Positions 44,479 through 56,824 of a stretch of 64,000 nucleotides of DNA are shown here, one piece after another; position 1 is the stretch's first letter; each line of letters opens with the position of its first letter. A program made the translations under genes and the position numbers. The notes below the pieces were generated by a model. The model was given only the letters and a program-made list of their open reading frames with translations. It was not told where the DNA came from and did no database searches. Origin of the DNA: the human T2T-CHM13v2.0 reference genome, Homo sapiens; assembly GCF_009914755.1 (NCBI RefSeq), contig NC_060942.1; one strand, given 5' to 3'.

Positions 44479-44650
44479 CAGCGCTCTCAACTTTGGCTGC
44501 TCATTCGAGCCACCTGCAGATCCTTGAAATTCCCAAGGTCACACAGCACACCAATTGCATCAGAATCTGTGGGGGCAAGAGCCAGGCATCAGTATTTATT
44601 TTAAAGTTCCTCAGATGATTCCAATTTGCAGCCAGTATTGGAAAGCGCTG
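44479..44650. mobile_element. MER5B-like hAT MITE
   Basis: Inverted termini cagcgct...agcgctg, internal atcagaatctgtggggg...ccaggcatcagtattt, and a degenerate 8-bp TSD agttcaat/ggttaaat. Confidence 0.75.
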
Positions 44651-44771
44651 GGTTAAATTGGGCTTTCCCAGCCCAATTTAGCGCCGCTTTTCCCATCAGG
44701 AGATGCGGTGGGGTGGAACATGCTGGGATGTCTCTCTGGTTTGGTTTGAAGGCTGGCTCCAAGGGTACAGG

Positions 44772-45341
44772 TGTTACCGGTGGGGGGTGTTCAGGTTCTT
44801 GGAGTCTTGGACAAGAGTTGGACAAAACGCACAAAGAAAGAAAGAAAAGAATAAAGCAACAAAGCAGAGATTTACTGAAAATGAAAGTACACTCCACAGT
44901 GTGGAAGTTGACCCAAGCAAGCAGATTAAAAGCCAAGTTACAGAATTTTCTGGGGTTTGAAAACCCTCTAGAGGTTGCCCATTGGTTACTTGGTTTACAC
45001 CCTATGTAAATGAAGTAGTGGCCTACAATCAGTCTGATTGGTTGTGGGAGGGGACCAATCAGAGGCTGAAGTGAAGTTACAAAGTTATACTCCTATGCAA
45101 ATGAAGACTTGGCCTGGGACCAGCCTGATTGATTGCAGGAGGGGACCAATCAGAGGTACTTTCATTTTTACATCTGCCACACAGAAAAGGGGAGGGGGGC
45201 ATTGTAAAGGGAGTAGCCTCTGGTCCTTTCCACTTGGGGATGGAAAGTTGGGGTTTTCGTTTTGATTTAGTTCTAGGAAGTCAGTGTGAATCGTAAATCA
45301 GCCTCAGGTTCGCCGCCTCCAGACCCTATTCTCCTGCCTCA
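44772..45341 (-). mobile_element. Solo ERV1 LTR, MER51A-like
   Basis: Runs from tgttaccggtgggggg to ccagaccctattctcctgcctca, with repeated accaatcagagg. TSD cagg/caga. Confidence 0.85.
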
Positions 45342-46924
45342 CAGAGAGGGCAACTCCCAGGCTGAGCAGCTGCCAGAGCTCAGCAGTGGGTGGCTGATCA
45401 TGCTCAGCCTCCTGGAGAAGAAAGAGTACACCTAGAAGAGGGGAGGAGAAAGCTTTTCTCCTCCCTGAGATGGGGAAGAGTGGGGCTGGGCGGGGTCTCA
45501 GCTCCCGACAAGGCTGTGAGGCCATCCTGGGCACGTGGCCCTGGACGGTCCCAGGGGAAGCCCCTCTCCACTTCCCCCAATCCCTTCCCAAGCCAAGCCC
45601 AGCAGCCAGGAGCCATTAGGGGTTAGAGGAAGACTGCAGAAAAGGCCAAAGGTGCATCTGGTAGTTTGCCTTGCGAGCCCACACGGGTGGGTGAAGAAAT
45701 TCACTGGGTACTGTGCTGAGGGCAAAAAGTCAGGAGTTTTTAAGTTCTAGGAAAGCGGAGTTTATGTTGGTTGTGCCCTCTAAACAGTAAAGGGTCCTCT
45801 GGATATGTAGGGCCGAGTCCACGGCTCTGCTCACACTTGGATACTCAGTCTCATTCCTCCCTGGCCAGCAGGAGCTTTCTGTTGGGTCCAGTTAGGGTCT
45901 GAGGCGCCTGGGTCCCACAAACTAGATGGCCATAGGGACGTCCGGATTCAACCTGCTCCAATTCAGCAGCTGCGGCGAAAATAACATCCAGTCGTGTTTT
46001 CTCCCAGGTTCTACTCTGAGTGGGTAAGCGCCCTGTGCACACCCCGCAGGCTGGGAAGGCGTCCGAGCCAGCACCGAGCCCTCGGCTCCTGGGCTGCTCT
46101 TCTGCCACCTTCAGCTCTGGGCCGAAAATAATTAAAAATCAATACTTCAGATCAAGGAAACCGTGTTTTCTCATTTTATCACTGCAATTTCTTTAACACC
46201 GGCACGGATACATCCATATGTGCATTTGAGATTTTCAGATGTTTTCTAATCATTGGGTTGGGAAGATGATATTTCTCTGCAAAGCTTAGTCATGTAACCC
46301 AAAGTATTAGCCAATAAATAGCTGTAAATCCAGCTTCATTCTTAATCTAGTTCAAGGTAGGACATCAGTGTGACTGCCAACGCCAAGGAGCTGAAGTTAA
46401 TTCAAAATAAAACCATCTTGTGCTGAGAACCAGCTTTCCTAATAAAACACTAAGGTTAGCATGGCCATTTATGGGGACCTTTATGTATGTTGTTGACTGT
46501 TTTACAGGCGAGGAAACCGAATGTTACAGCGGGTGGGTGGATTAACTAGCCTAAGTGCTCTTTCACTAGAGGAAACTCAGCACTTTGCCTCTTAGAATCA
46601 TGTTTTCAAACTTGAACATCGGTTGAGGAAGAGAATATTCCTCTTGCGGAGGTGGGTGTGCAGGTGAGAAGGGTCCTTGGTGGATGCAGTCACTCCAGGA
46701 AGGAAGGGACAGGAAGAATCATGCCACGAGGAAACCGAGCTCTGCACTCTGTGTTTTGCATTTTCCGCAAAATCGTACAGAACCATTCACCTTCGCAGGT
46801 GCTGCACCCCCTACCCCTTCCCCCTTCCCCCTTCCACGAGAGGGGCTGCACCCACCGAGAAAACCGGGGCTGGGGGAGCTGCTCATATTGGCCCACTTGT
46901 TTATCGTGAGGGTTAAAAAGATGA

Positions 46925-47237
<313 letters not shown>

Positions 47238-47974
47238 TAACCAGGAGGAGCCTGATTATAATTAGGTCACTCATTGGTTCCTTCCCTCTCTCTTTTCTTC
47301 CCCACTCTCCTTCCCAGGCCCCACTCGCCAAGTACACACTGAAGCCTCACCATTGTGCTCCCGTCAAAGCCCTGGTTTCCTCCATGGGAGCTGGCCCTTC
47401 AGGACCTCTCAGCTGTGCTCCTGTGGGGTCTGGCAGGTATTCCCAAGTTCTGAAACCTGAACACCTCCTTTCTTAAATTCAGATAAATCTAAGACATGAG
47501 GTAGCTGGGCCCTACTTCTTATTTTTCAGTCCTCTCTATTTACAATTGTGATTGCATGTTTAGTTTCCATTATGCAAACGGGTGTACTTCTGAACTCTTC
47601 ATTGTTGTAATAATTTCTTATTCGATCCTCTTAGATTTTTAAGTGGAGAATCATGGTGGCTGTGAATAATAATTGTCTCTTTCCAGCGACTGTAAGCTCT
47701 GACTTATGTTTCCATAATCTGTCTATATTTGTTTGAATTTCCAGAGTAATATTACTAAATATTTGCCATTTATGAAATTTGCATGTTTTTCTTGACATTG
47801 ATGGGAATATATGTCATGTAGTATGTTGGAAACTATGTTCTGTAGTGCACTGGTGTGCCCCAAATAAAAAAATGTGTTATTTTTCCGGAAAATAATAATT
47901 TAAAAAGGTATGAAGTGAAATATTCAATATATCAATCTATGATATATGGTTTATAAAATATGTATAATATTTTT

Positions 47975-48800
47975 GTCAAATTTATTGAGATAGAATTTAG
48001 AGACAGAATTCACCCTTTTTAAGTTGATAAAAGCTGAAGGACTTTGCACATGCGTGTGGCGGGCATGCAGTCTTGCAACCAAGATCCTGACCATGTCCGT
48101 TACCCCCAAGTCCCCTCAGACGCCACCACTGCCCACCCACAAGCCTGACACTCACTGGTCTGCTTGCTGTCCGATGTTGTTGTCTTACCTAGAATACTCT
48201 ATGGGAAGAATAATTCTATTTGGTCTTTGTCTTCCTTCACTTAGCTCTATGACCTTGAGAACCATCCGTATTGCTGCAGATCAGGTCCATGGCATGGGTT
48301 ATCACAGGTTGTTTATCCAGTCACCTGTTCTGGTTGCACTGGGTTTTTGACCATATAAGCGAAGCTGCTATATAATAATTATGTGGACACATGTTTTCAT
48401 TTTTCTTAGATGAATGCTGAGCCTTGAGATGGCTGGATCATACTCTAAACACACGTTTAACTTGATAAAGAACTGCTCATCTTTTCCTTTTCCTTTCCAC
48501 ATTGCCAGGAAAAGGGGCTGGGCTCTCCAGCCGCCTCCCGTTCTCACACTCACATGCCTGCCTTGTGACTTTAGATGACCTCCCTTTGTTCACTGGTGCT
48601 GTTGGGCCCCTTTTTCTGTCTTTGTTGGCTATTCCTAGATCTTCTCTGTTAAAATGTCTGTTCAAATATTTTGTCCATTTATGTTGTGTTGTTGGTCATA
48701 TTTTTGGATTATAACAATTCTTTGCATAATTTGGACTTAAGATCTTTATTAGAATGGAGTTTATAACTATCTTATCCCAGTCTGTAATTTATCTTTCTAT
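47975..48800 (-). mobile_element. Old L1 (L1MB/ME-type) 3' region
   Basis: tttattgagatagaattt...ccttcacttagc...catgttttcattttcttaga...ggctggatcata...tgtctgttcaaatattttgtccattt. Minus-strand peptide MNRHFNREDL. Confidence 0.7.
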
Positions 48801-50029
48801 GTAGTTATTTAATTTTTATTAAGAAATATTTTAAGTATACAGAAAAGTATAGATAATTGTCTAGCAGGAATCTGTTAATGTGTGTTTTACAATGTTCCAT
48901 TTCTCTGTCTCACTACATGCCAGTTTCCCACTTTCAGTAGAATAAAAAGAAACATCAACAAACCTATATATGCAATTGTGATTTTTCTCAAGTTTTTATT
49001 TACTTGGATGACTTTTTAGATAATGCCATACTCTTTTCTTTGGTACATAAGCATTATACATTTTACAATATTATTAATCATTTCCTTTATTAATCAACAC
49101 AAATCCTGCATGTTTGCCATACTTTTAATGCTTTCAAATTGATTTTTTTTGTTTTTTCTTATTATTTCCCCACTCATAAATGCATCAGAAATTTCAGGAC
49201 ATAGAATTCTTGGTTCTAAAAATTATCCTTATAAATATACCACTTTGAAAACACTGACAAAAAATACTAAAATAAATGTAGCACTGCAAATGTGAAATCT
49301 CAGATCAGCCTGGTTGTTTTGATGTAACTTTTTACTTTGTAGTTTACCTTATTTTTTCTATATTAAAAAACCTTTAATATAATAGATTCAGCATTTGAGG
49401 AAAGATAAGCACTCAATGAAATTACAGAAGTAATTGGCAGCCTCTATGGGTTAAAGCTGGATTCTACTTTATGGAATTCATAAAAGCTAATTTCAGACGA
49501 ATTACAAACCTATTTATGAAGAAAAACACAAAATACTTATTATTTTAGTTATTTATTTATAAATTAATATTAGGTGACAAATAATTTATGGCATTTATGG
49601 GGTACAATGTGATATTTTGATATTGTTTTTCTATCATTATAATATTAAGTTCAAGAATTTCATCAAGATATGCCACTGTGAGTTTCTTTGTTCATTAATT
49701 TATTTCTGGTTCTCTGTGACTTCTTTGAATTTACAATCTCAACATTTTCTTCATTTAGGTGGATTTTACTCTATGTTTTCCATGACTATTGTTTCTTTTT
49801 TGTAGGTTCTATTCCATTCAATATTTGGCTTTAATTTTATGTTTAATGTGTCTTTTGAAATTTGTCATTTGATAGTCATGTTTTTCACTCTTGGGTAGAT
49901 TTTAATAACCCCTTTATACATCACCAACTCCCTTTCCATGAGCCCTTGACTTTGTTTCATCAATGTTGTCTCCAATTGAATGTTGCTGAAAGCACAGATT
50001 TGAAATTTCCAAAATGTACCTCGTGTTCT

Positions 50030-50104
50030 TACAGTGATCACATTCACAGAAAAAATATTGTTCTGACTACAGTGATCACATCACAGAAAAAATATTGTTC
50101 TGAC
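50030..50104 (+). repeat. 38-bp tandem duplication
   Basis: tacagtgatcacat(t)cacagaaaaaatattgttctgac occurs twice. Confidence 0.95.
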
Positions 50105-51013
50105 TTCTCAGTCCAGATTCTCCTGCTGGCTGCCGTATCTTCTCATCTCCCCTGCAATTCTTCTGTGTGCTCGGGGACACTTGTAGTTTTCCTGTCCTGT
50201 GAGTTGAGGTCCGTTACATCCCATAACATGTGTGTCCCCATTCACATCTTTCCAGCTCTCTGAAAATCGCCAGGAAAGTTGGGATTGCCCCGCAGCGTGG
50301 GGGTGATGCCGCTGCAGCGCAGGCTGGGACAGAGAGCAGCCCGGATGCGCGGAGCAGACTTGGACTTCAGAGCACCTTCGCTGAAGCCGAGTGCTGCTGT
50401 GCCAGGTTTGTGGCGGTCATGGTGGAAAGTGGTGAGTGCCTCGGGATGGGTGCTCCTGCGGTCAGAATCCTGTGGTCAGAATCCTGAAGCACCCCCCACA
50501 GGGGCTGGTGGGATCCAGGTGTGCCCCTCGCTGGCCTGTGGTCGACTTACCTTTAGCCTTTCCTCTCCTTGGACACAAACAGCTTTGTCCAAGCTTTCAC
50601 GTCCACCTTCAGGAGGGCTATTCCTGTCGTGTGGACCAGGCTGGACTGTTTGCGCCTGGGTTCTGTCTGCCTTAGGACCAGGAGAAATGCCTGGAAATTT
50701 CTGGAGTGGGAAGACTCCATCGTAGATCTCGGGGCTATTGCATCTTTTTCATTATGAAATATTTGGTCATTTCGGTGGGAATCAAGTAGAAAACAGTTAA
50801 ATTCTGGTTTCTCTTCCCCATTTGCTCTTAAATCCTCTTTACCAGGTGACTTGTCTAAAAGCCATTTAAATAGGACCTTTACTTCTTGATTAGATGGGCT
50901 CCAATGCTGATTAAAGAATGCACATGCCATAATCTTAAAATAGAAAATATTTAATGATAGGAATCTAAGTGTGGCCATCTGAATCAGATTTAATTATCAA
51001 CTATTTAAGCTAC

Positions 51014-51384
51014 TGTGTTAGTCCATTCTCATGCTGCTAATAGAGACATACCCGAGATTGGGTAATTTATAAAGGAAAGAGGTTTAATGGACTCACAGCT
51101 CCACATGGCTGGGGAGGCCTCACAATCATGGCGGAAGGTGCAGGAGGAGCAAAGGCATGCCTTACATGGCAGCAGGCAAGAGAGAAGTGCAGAGCAAAAG
51201 GGGGAAAAGCCCCCTATAAAACCCTCAGATCTCACGAGAACTCACCCACTATCATGAGAACAGCTTGGGGTAACTGCCCCCACGATTCAGTTACCTCCCA
51301 CTGAGTCCCTTGTACACACATGGGGATTATGGGAACTACAATTCAAGATGAGATTTGGATGGGAATATAGCCCAAACCATGTCA
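51014..51384 (-). mobile_element. Solo MaLR LTR, THE1 family
   Basis: Runs from tgtgttagtccattctcatgctgctaatagagacatacccgaga to aaaccatgtca. Confidence 0.9.
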
Positions 51385-52913
51385 CCTTTATTTTCAAAGG
51401 GTATTCTAATCTCTGATTGTTTTAAAAAAGACCTCTTAATATCCATGGCTAAAGCAAGTTTTGATATTGCATCTCTTAAACTATGAAATGTTTGGAAACA
51501 CAGATGCAGTTACAAAGCTGTAGAAACATTGCTATTCCCATCCATCCTTAATGTTCAGTGTGTCTCTGCCCTAAGCAGGAAGCTCAGAAATCTCCGAGCC
51601 TTCAAATAAGAGGTGGTAGTTTTCCTCTGCGTGTAGCATATTTTATATTTAGTCCATGCATACCAGTATCTCTTGATTATAAAGTGACAAAGAGCAGTGG
51701 GGTAATAAAAACATCTCAGAGTTGTTAATATTGAGAAACAAATGGGAGCCAAGGCCGTCCACATGCAAAGTGCTTGTTCCAGCATCTGGCCTTTGGTAAA
51801 TTAGAACCAGTCAGTTGTTGTATAACTGGTCCCAGTGGCTTTGTACAAATCATATGCATTTATGTAACCCAGAGTATCATGATAATGTGGTCATTTCTAT
51901 TTGTTCATAATGTTCTATTTATTCTAACTATACCATGTAAGGCATACTGTGTTCCCTGAGATACTTTTGTTATCCCCACTTAATAAGAGAAGTAAAATGA
52001 AGCTCAGAGAAGTTATGTCACCGGTACAGGATGAAGCTGACTTGCAGCCAAGGCTTCGCCTCCAGCACCATGGCCCTAGATGTGGTGGCCTCACCTTATT
52101 GACTGAGTTGCTTTCCCTGATCTATGAAGATACATAGTGAGCCAGTGAGAGCTTAAAAAAACTGTGAGCCAATTTTGCAAGCACCTCTGGCAAGATGTCG
52201 TGGTGGTCTAGAGGGGCTGTCACACAATGCAGCTGGAGGAAGGTGAGGGTGTACCTCGGCCGTCCTCATCGTCCCTCCTTCTTTCTTGTCCTGGTGCCCA
52301 GGGATTGCTGTAGTAACAGTACAGGTCCCTCTGGAATCCCGGGGGAACCGAATATTGGTAAACGAAGAGGTGATGTGGCTGGTGGAGAAGAGGATATGGA
52401 GATGGCATAACACAAGCCCCATGGACCCCCAGCTCCAGGCTGAGCCTGTGTGGACCACAGCACTGTGATCCAGGTGTCCTCCTGCCTCCTGCCATCTTTT
52501 GGATTGTTTGGAAGCTCAATTCAAATTATTCACGAAAACTCAAATATTTGTTTCCTATTAAAAAAAAAAGTCTTCTTTTTAAAACAAACTCTGAGATTGA
52601 CCAAGGCACACAGATGCCCTGGAGCTTCCTCCCCAACTCCACTGGGCTATTCTCTCCCTTGCAGTTCAGCTGCTGCTTCCTTCCATGCCAAAGAGCATCC
52701 CCATCTCCAACTCGTCCTTTCTCCTTTGTGCATTAAAACAACTTGAGATCCTCAGAATGGACTGCTCCCCAAACTAAAACAAAAAAATGCAAGCATAATA
52801 AAATGCATAGAAAGGCATGGAATCAAACTTGAAATATGCAAGGTTTGGGCATTCCATTATTTATGAGCATGAAGGCCTTTCACAAATCAAAATCTCTTTT
52901 AAATTGAAAGTGC

Positions 52914-53012
52914 CTTTCTTCCTCTCCCCCTCCTTCCCTCCTTTCCTCCCACCCTCAATCCCTTCCCTTCTTTCTCTCCCTTTTTTTCTCACCTTCTCAA
53001 CTTCTATCTTTC
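52914..53012. repeat. Polypyrimidine low-complexity tract
   Basis: Nearly pure C/T run (ccttccctcctttcctccc...). Confidence 0.85.
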
Positions 53013-53371
53013 TTAAGATAAGAGGTTCGTGTGATGCTCCTATTTATGTGGCTTTCTTTAAAAATGAGAAGAGGAGGAGCCAGGCTACACCAAGGAAATA
53101 CTCAACCCCATGCTTCTGCAGGTGTCAACCTAGAAGGCACCAATCCAGGTGGAAGAGGTTCTCTCTCCTGCCCTACTGTCTTTGCCAGGGGTGGTGTTGA
53201 GAGCCATTTCTGCAGATACCCCGCACCCCGGCCGCCCATTCTCAGTGATACAGTCAGACATAAGCATCTGGGGGTGAAAACGCACCCAACACAGAGCCGG
53301 GTTTCTGGAGTCACCTTCTGGGGTTGGACTTTGCCTTTGGGAGAGGCCCTGAATGTCTCCAAGCATTCCCA

Positions 53372-55416
53372 CATGTCATGGGAATTATGGGGGCTAAAAT
53401 TCAAGATGAGATTTGGATGGGGACACAGCCAAACCATATCATTCCACCCCTGGGCCCTCCCAAACCTTATGTCCTCACATTTCAAAACCAATCATGCCTT
53501 CCCAACATTCCCCCAAAGTCTTATTAGGGCATTAACTCAAAAGTCCATAGTCCAAAGTCTCATCTGAGACAAGGCAAGTCCCTTCTGCATATGAGCCTGT
53601 AAAACCAAAAGCAAGTTATTTACTTCCTAGATACAATGGGAGTACAGGTGGTGGGTAAATACACCCATTCCAAATGGGAGAAATTGGCCAAAACAAAGGA
53701 GTTACAGGCCCCATATAAATTCAAAATCCAACTGGGCAACCAAATCTTAAAGTTGTGAAATAATCTCCTTTGACTCCATGTCTCACATCCAGATCATGTT
53801 GATGCAAGAGATGGGCTCCCATGGCTTTGGGGAGCTCTGCCTCTGTGGCTTTGCAGGGTACAGCTTCCCACTTGGCTGCTTTCACAGCTGATGTTGAGCA
53901 CCTGTGGTTTTTCCAGGTGCACGATGCAAGCTGTCAGTGGATCTACAATTCTGGGATCTGGAGAACGATGGCCCTCTTCTCACAGCTCCACTAGGCAGTG
54001 TCCCAGGGGAGACTCTGTGTGGGGGATCTAGCCCCACATTTCTTTTCTGCACTGCCCTAGTAGATGTTCTCCATGAGGACCCACCCTCTAGCAAACTTCT
54101 GTCTGGACATTCAGGCATTTGCATACATCTTCTGAAAGGTAGGTGGAGGTTCCCAAACCTCAATTTTTGACCCAAATGCACCTGCAGGCCCAACACCACA
54201 TGTAAGCTGCCAAGGCTTGGGGCTTGCACCCCCTGAATCAAAAGCCTGAGCTGTACATAGGCCCCTTTTAGCCATGGCTGGAGCTGAAGCAGCTGGGATG
54301 CAGGTCTCCATGTCTAGGCTGCATAGTGCAGGGAGTCTTGATCTTGATCCAGGAAACCATTTTTTTTCCTTCTAGGCCTCCTGGCTTGTGTTGGGAGGGG
54401 CTGCTGTGAAGACCCCTGACATGTCCTGGAGACATTTTCCCCATTGCTTTGGTGTTTAACATTAGGCTTCTCATTACTTATGCAAGTTTCTGCAGCTCGC
54501 TTGGATTTCTCCTCAGAATTTTTTTTTCTATCATATTGTTGGGCTGCAAATTTCCAGAATTTTGTGTTCTGCTTCCCTTTTAAACATAAATTCCAAATCC
54601 AAACCATATCTTTGAGAATACATAAAACTGAATGCCTTTAACAGTACTCAAGTCACCTCTTGAACACTTTGCTGCTTAGAAATTTCTTCTGCTAGATGCC
54701 TTAAATCAACTCCCTCAAGTTCAAAGTTCCACAGATCTCTAGGGCAGGGGCAAAATGTGACATCTCTTTACTAAAACAAAGCAGGAGTCATCTTTGCTCC
54801 AGTTCCCAACAAGTTCGTCATCTCTATCTGAGACCACCGCAGCCTGGACTTTATTGTCCATGTCGCTATCAGCATTTTGGTCAAAGCCATTCAACAAATC
54901 TCTAGGAAGCTCCAAACTTCCCCACATTTTCCTGTCTTCTTCTAAACCCTCCAAACTGTTCCAGCCTCTGCCTGTTACCCAGTTCCAAAGTCATTTCCAC
55001 ATTTTCAAGTATCTTTACAGCAGCACCCCACTCTACTGGTACCAATTTACTCTATTAGTCTGTTCTGACACTGCTGATGAAGATAAACCCGAGACTGGGT
55101 AATTTACAAAGGACAGAGTTTTAATGGACTCCACAGTTCCACATGGGTTGGAGGCCTCACAATCATGGTGGAAGATGAAAGAAGAGTAAAGGGATGTCTT
55201 AAATGGCAGCAGGCAAGAGATAGTGTGTGCAGGGGAACTGCCCTGTATAAAACCATCAGATCTTATGAGACGTATTCACTACCATGAGAACAGCATGGGA
55301 AAGACCTGCCCCCATGATTTGATTACCTTCCACTGGGTCCCTTTCATGACATGTGGGAATTATGGGAGCTACAATTCAAGATGAGATTTGGGTGGGGACA
55401 CAGCCAAAGCATATCA
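53372..55416 (-). mobile_element. THE1 MaLR provirus: complete LTR 55051-55416, internal region 53442-55050, truncated second LTR ~53372-53441
   Basis: Junction aaaccatatca|ttccacccctggg, THE1-int motifs (ctcatctgagacaaggcaagtccc; ggtaccaatttac|tctattagtc), and an LTR ending aaagcatatca. Confidence 0.9.
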
Positions 55417-55499
55417 TGTGGCAAACCCAGGGTTGCTGTGAGCCCATTCAGAATCATTCTTTGCTCAATTAAAATCTGTTAAATTTAATTTTTTTAGCA
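55417..55499 (+). mobile_element. ERV1 LTR 3' fragment (MER57-like)
   Basis: gaatcattctttgctcaattaaaatctgttaaatttaattt. Confidence 0.5.
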
Positions 55500-56406
55500 C
55501 CATCATAATTCACTGATGTGGAAAACACTGGCTTTCAAGCCATGGAACAGACGGCAGGGTGGGTGTGGGTCCCAACAGCCCTGGTTTTTCTGGGTGTTGG
55601 TAGAGAGAAGAGCAGTCTTTAAATGGAGACTCCTATTTCAGTTCCAAATACTTTGAAAAGCACCATATTCCCCTGAAAACAGAGTAGAAGAAGCAGCAGT
55701 GACCCTGCATATTGGGTGGGTGGGAAGGGAGAGTGAATCTGCCTTACAGGAGGGCGGGCGGAGGGTGGGGTTTCTGGCGCTCTGGACCCCAGGAAGTCAC
55801 TCACGCGCTCTGTTTCTACAGGCTTGGGACCCAGAAAGAGCAGAGTATTTTCTCACTTCCCCTTTGTGCTGCTTGGAAGTTTTGCCAGCTGTCTGCATGA
55901 CCATCTTGACTTTCCTCAGGGTTTTTCTGCCACTTTCTTTCTGGCTTAACGTTCCCTTCAGCTTCGATCTGTTCTTCCTTTTTGTTGCCTTCTTCCACAA
56001 AGCCTGCTGGCTTCATTCTTTCTCATGTTTATTTCCAGTTCAGTGATGAGCATCGTGGTCTATCCATTCAATATCTGCAGAGCTCTGAATCCTCGTCTCC
56101 AATGCATTGCTCATTACAGGTTGTTTTGCAGGTATTTGGTGCCTGTTGAACCACACCTGGGCCCCCCTGCCTCTGCCCAGGCCCAGGGGCCACCTGTGGG
56201 CTTGGTCCTCAGCTTTGAGAAACTTGTGTGCTCTGCCAGTATCATCTTGATTTTTGTCGGGATGCAGTCACAGGGGTAACTGCTGCACACCCTCATTTCC
56301 TCATCCAACCTCCCCATCAGGACGGCCTGCAGAACTTGAGAAGGCCTTGGACAGATGCAGCAGGAGCCAGGAAGGGCTGTTCCATCTGATGATAGGACTC
56401 AAAACC

Positions 56407-56824
56407 TGTGTTTGTTTGTCTGTTCTCACACTGCTATAAAGAACTGCCAGAGACTGTGTACTTTATAAAGAAAAGAGATTTAATTGACTCACAATTCTAC
56501 ATGGCTGGGGAGGCCTCAGGAAACTTACAATCATGGCAGAGGGGAAGAGGCATGTCTTACATGGCAGCAGGTGAGAAGGAGAGAGAGAGGGGGAGAGAGA
56601 GAGAGAGGAGAGTGAAAGAGAGAAAGAGAAGCAAAGGGGGAAAAGCCCCTTATAAAACCATCAGATCTCATGAGAACTCACTCACTATCATAAGAGCAGC
56701 ATGGGGGTAACTGCCCCCATGATCCAGTCACCTCCCACCAGGTCCCTCCTCCAACACATGGGGATTATAGTTCAGATTACAATTCAAGATGAGATTTGGG
56801 TGGAGACACAGCCAGAGCATATCA
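56407..56824 (-). mobile_element. Solo MaLR LTR, MSTA/THE1D-like, with an internal (GA)n expansion
   Basis: ttctcacactgctataaagaactgcc...ggaggcctcaggaaacttacaatc...gagcatatca. TSD aaacc/agacc. Confidence 0.88.

Noticed and set aside
53882-55102. ORFs in the THE1 internal region
   Set aside because: Short fragments of the decayed MaLR internal sequence with no intact gag-like frame.
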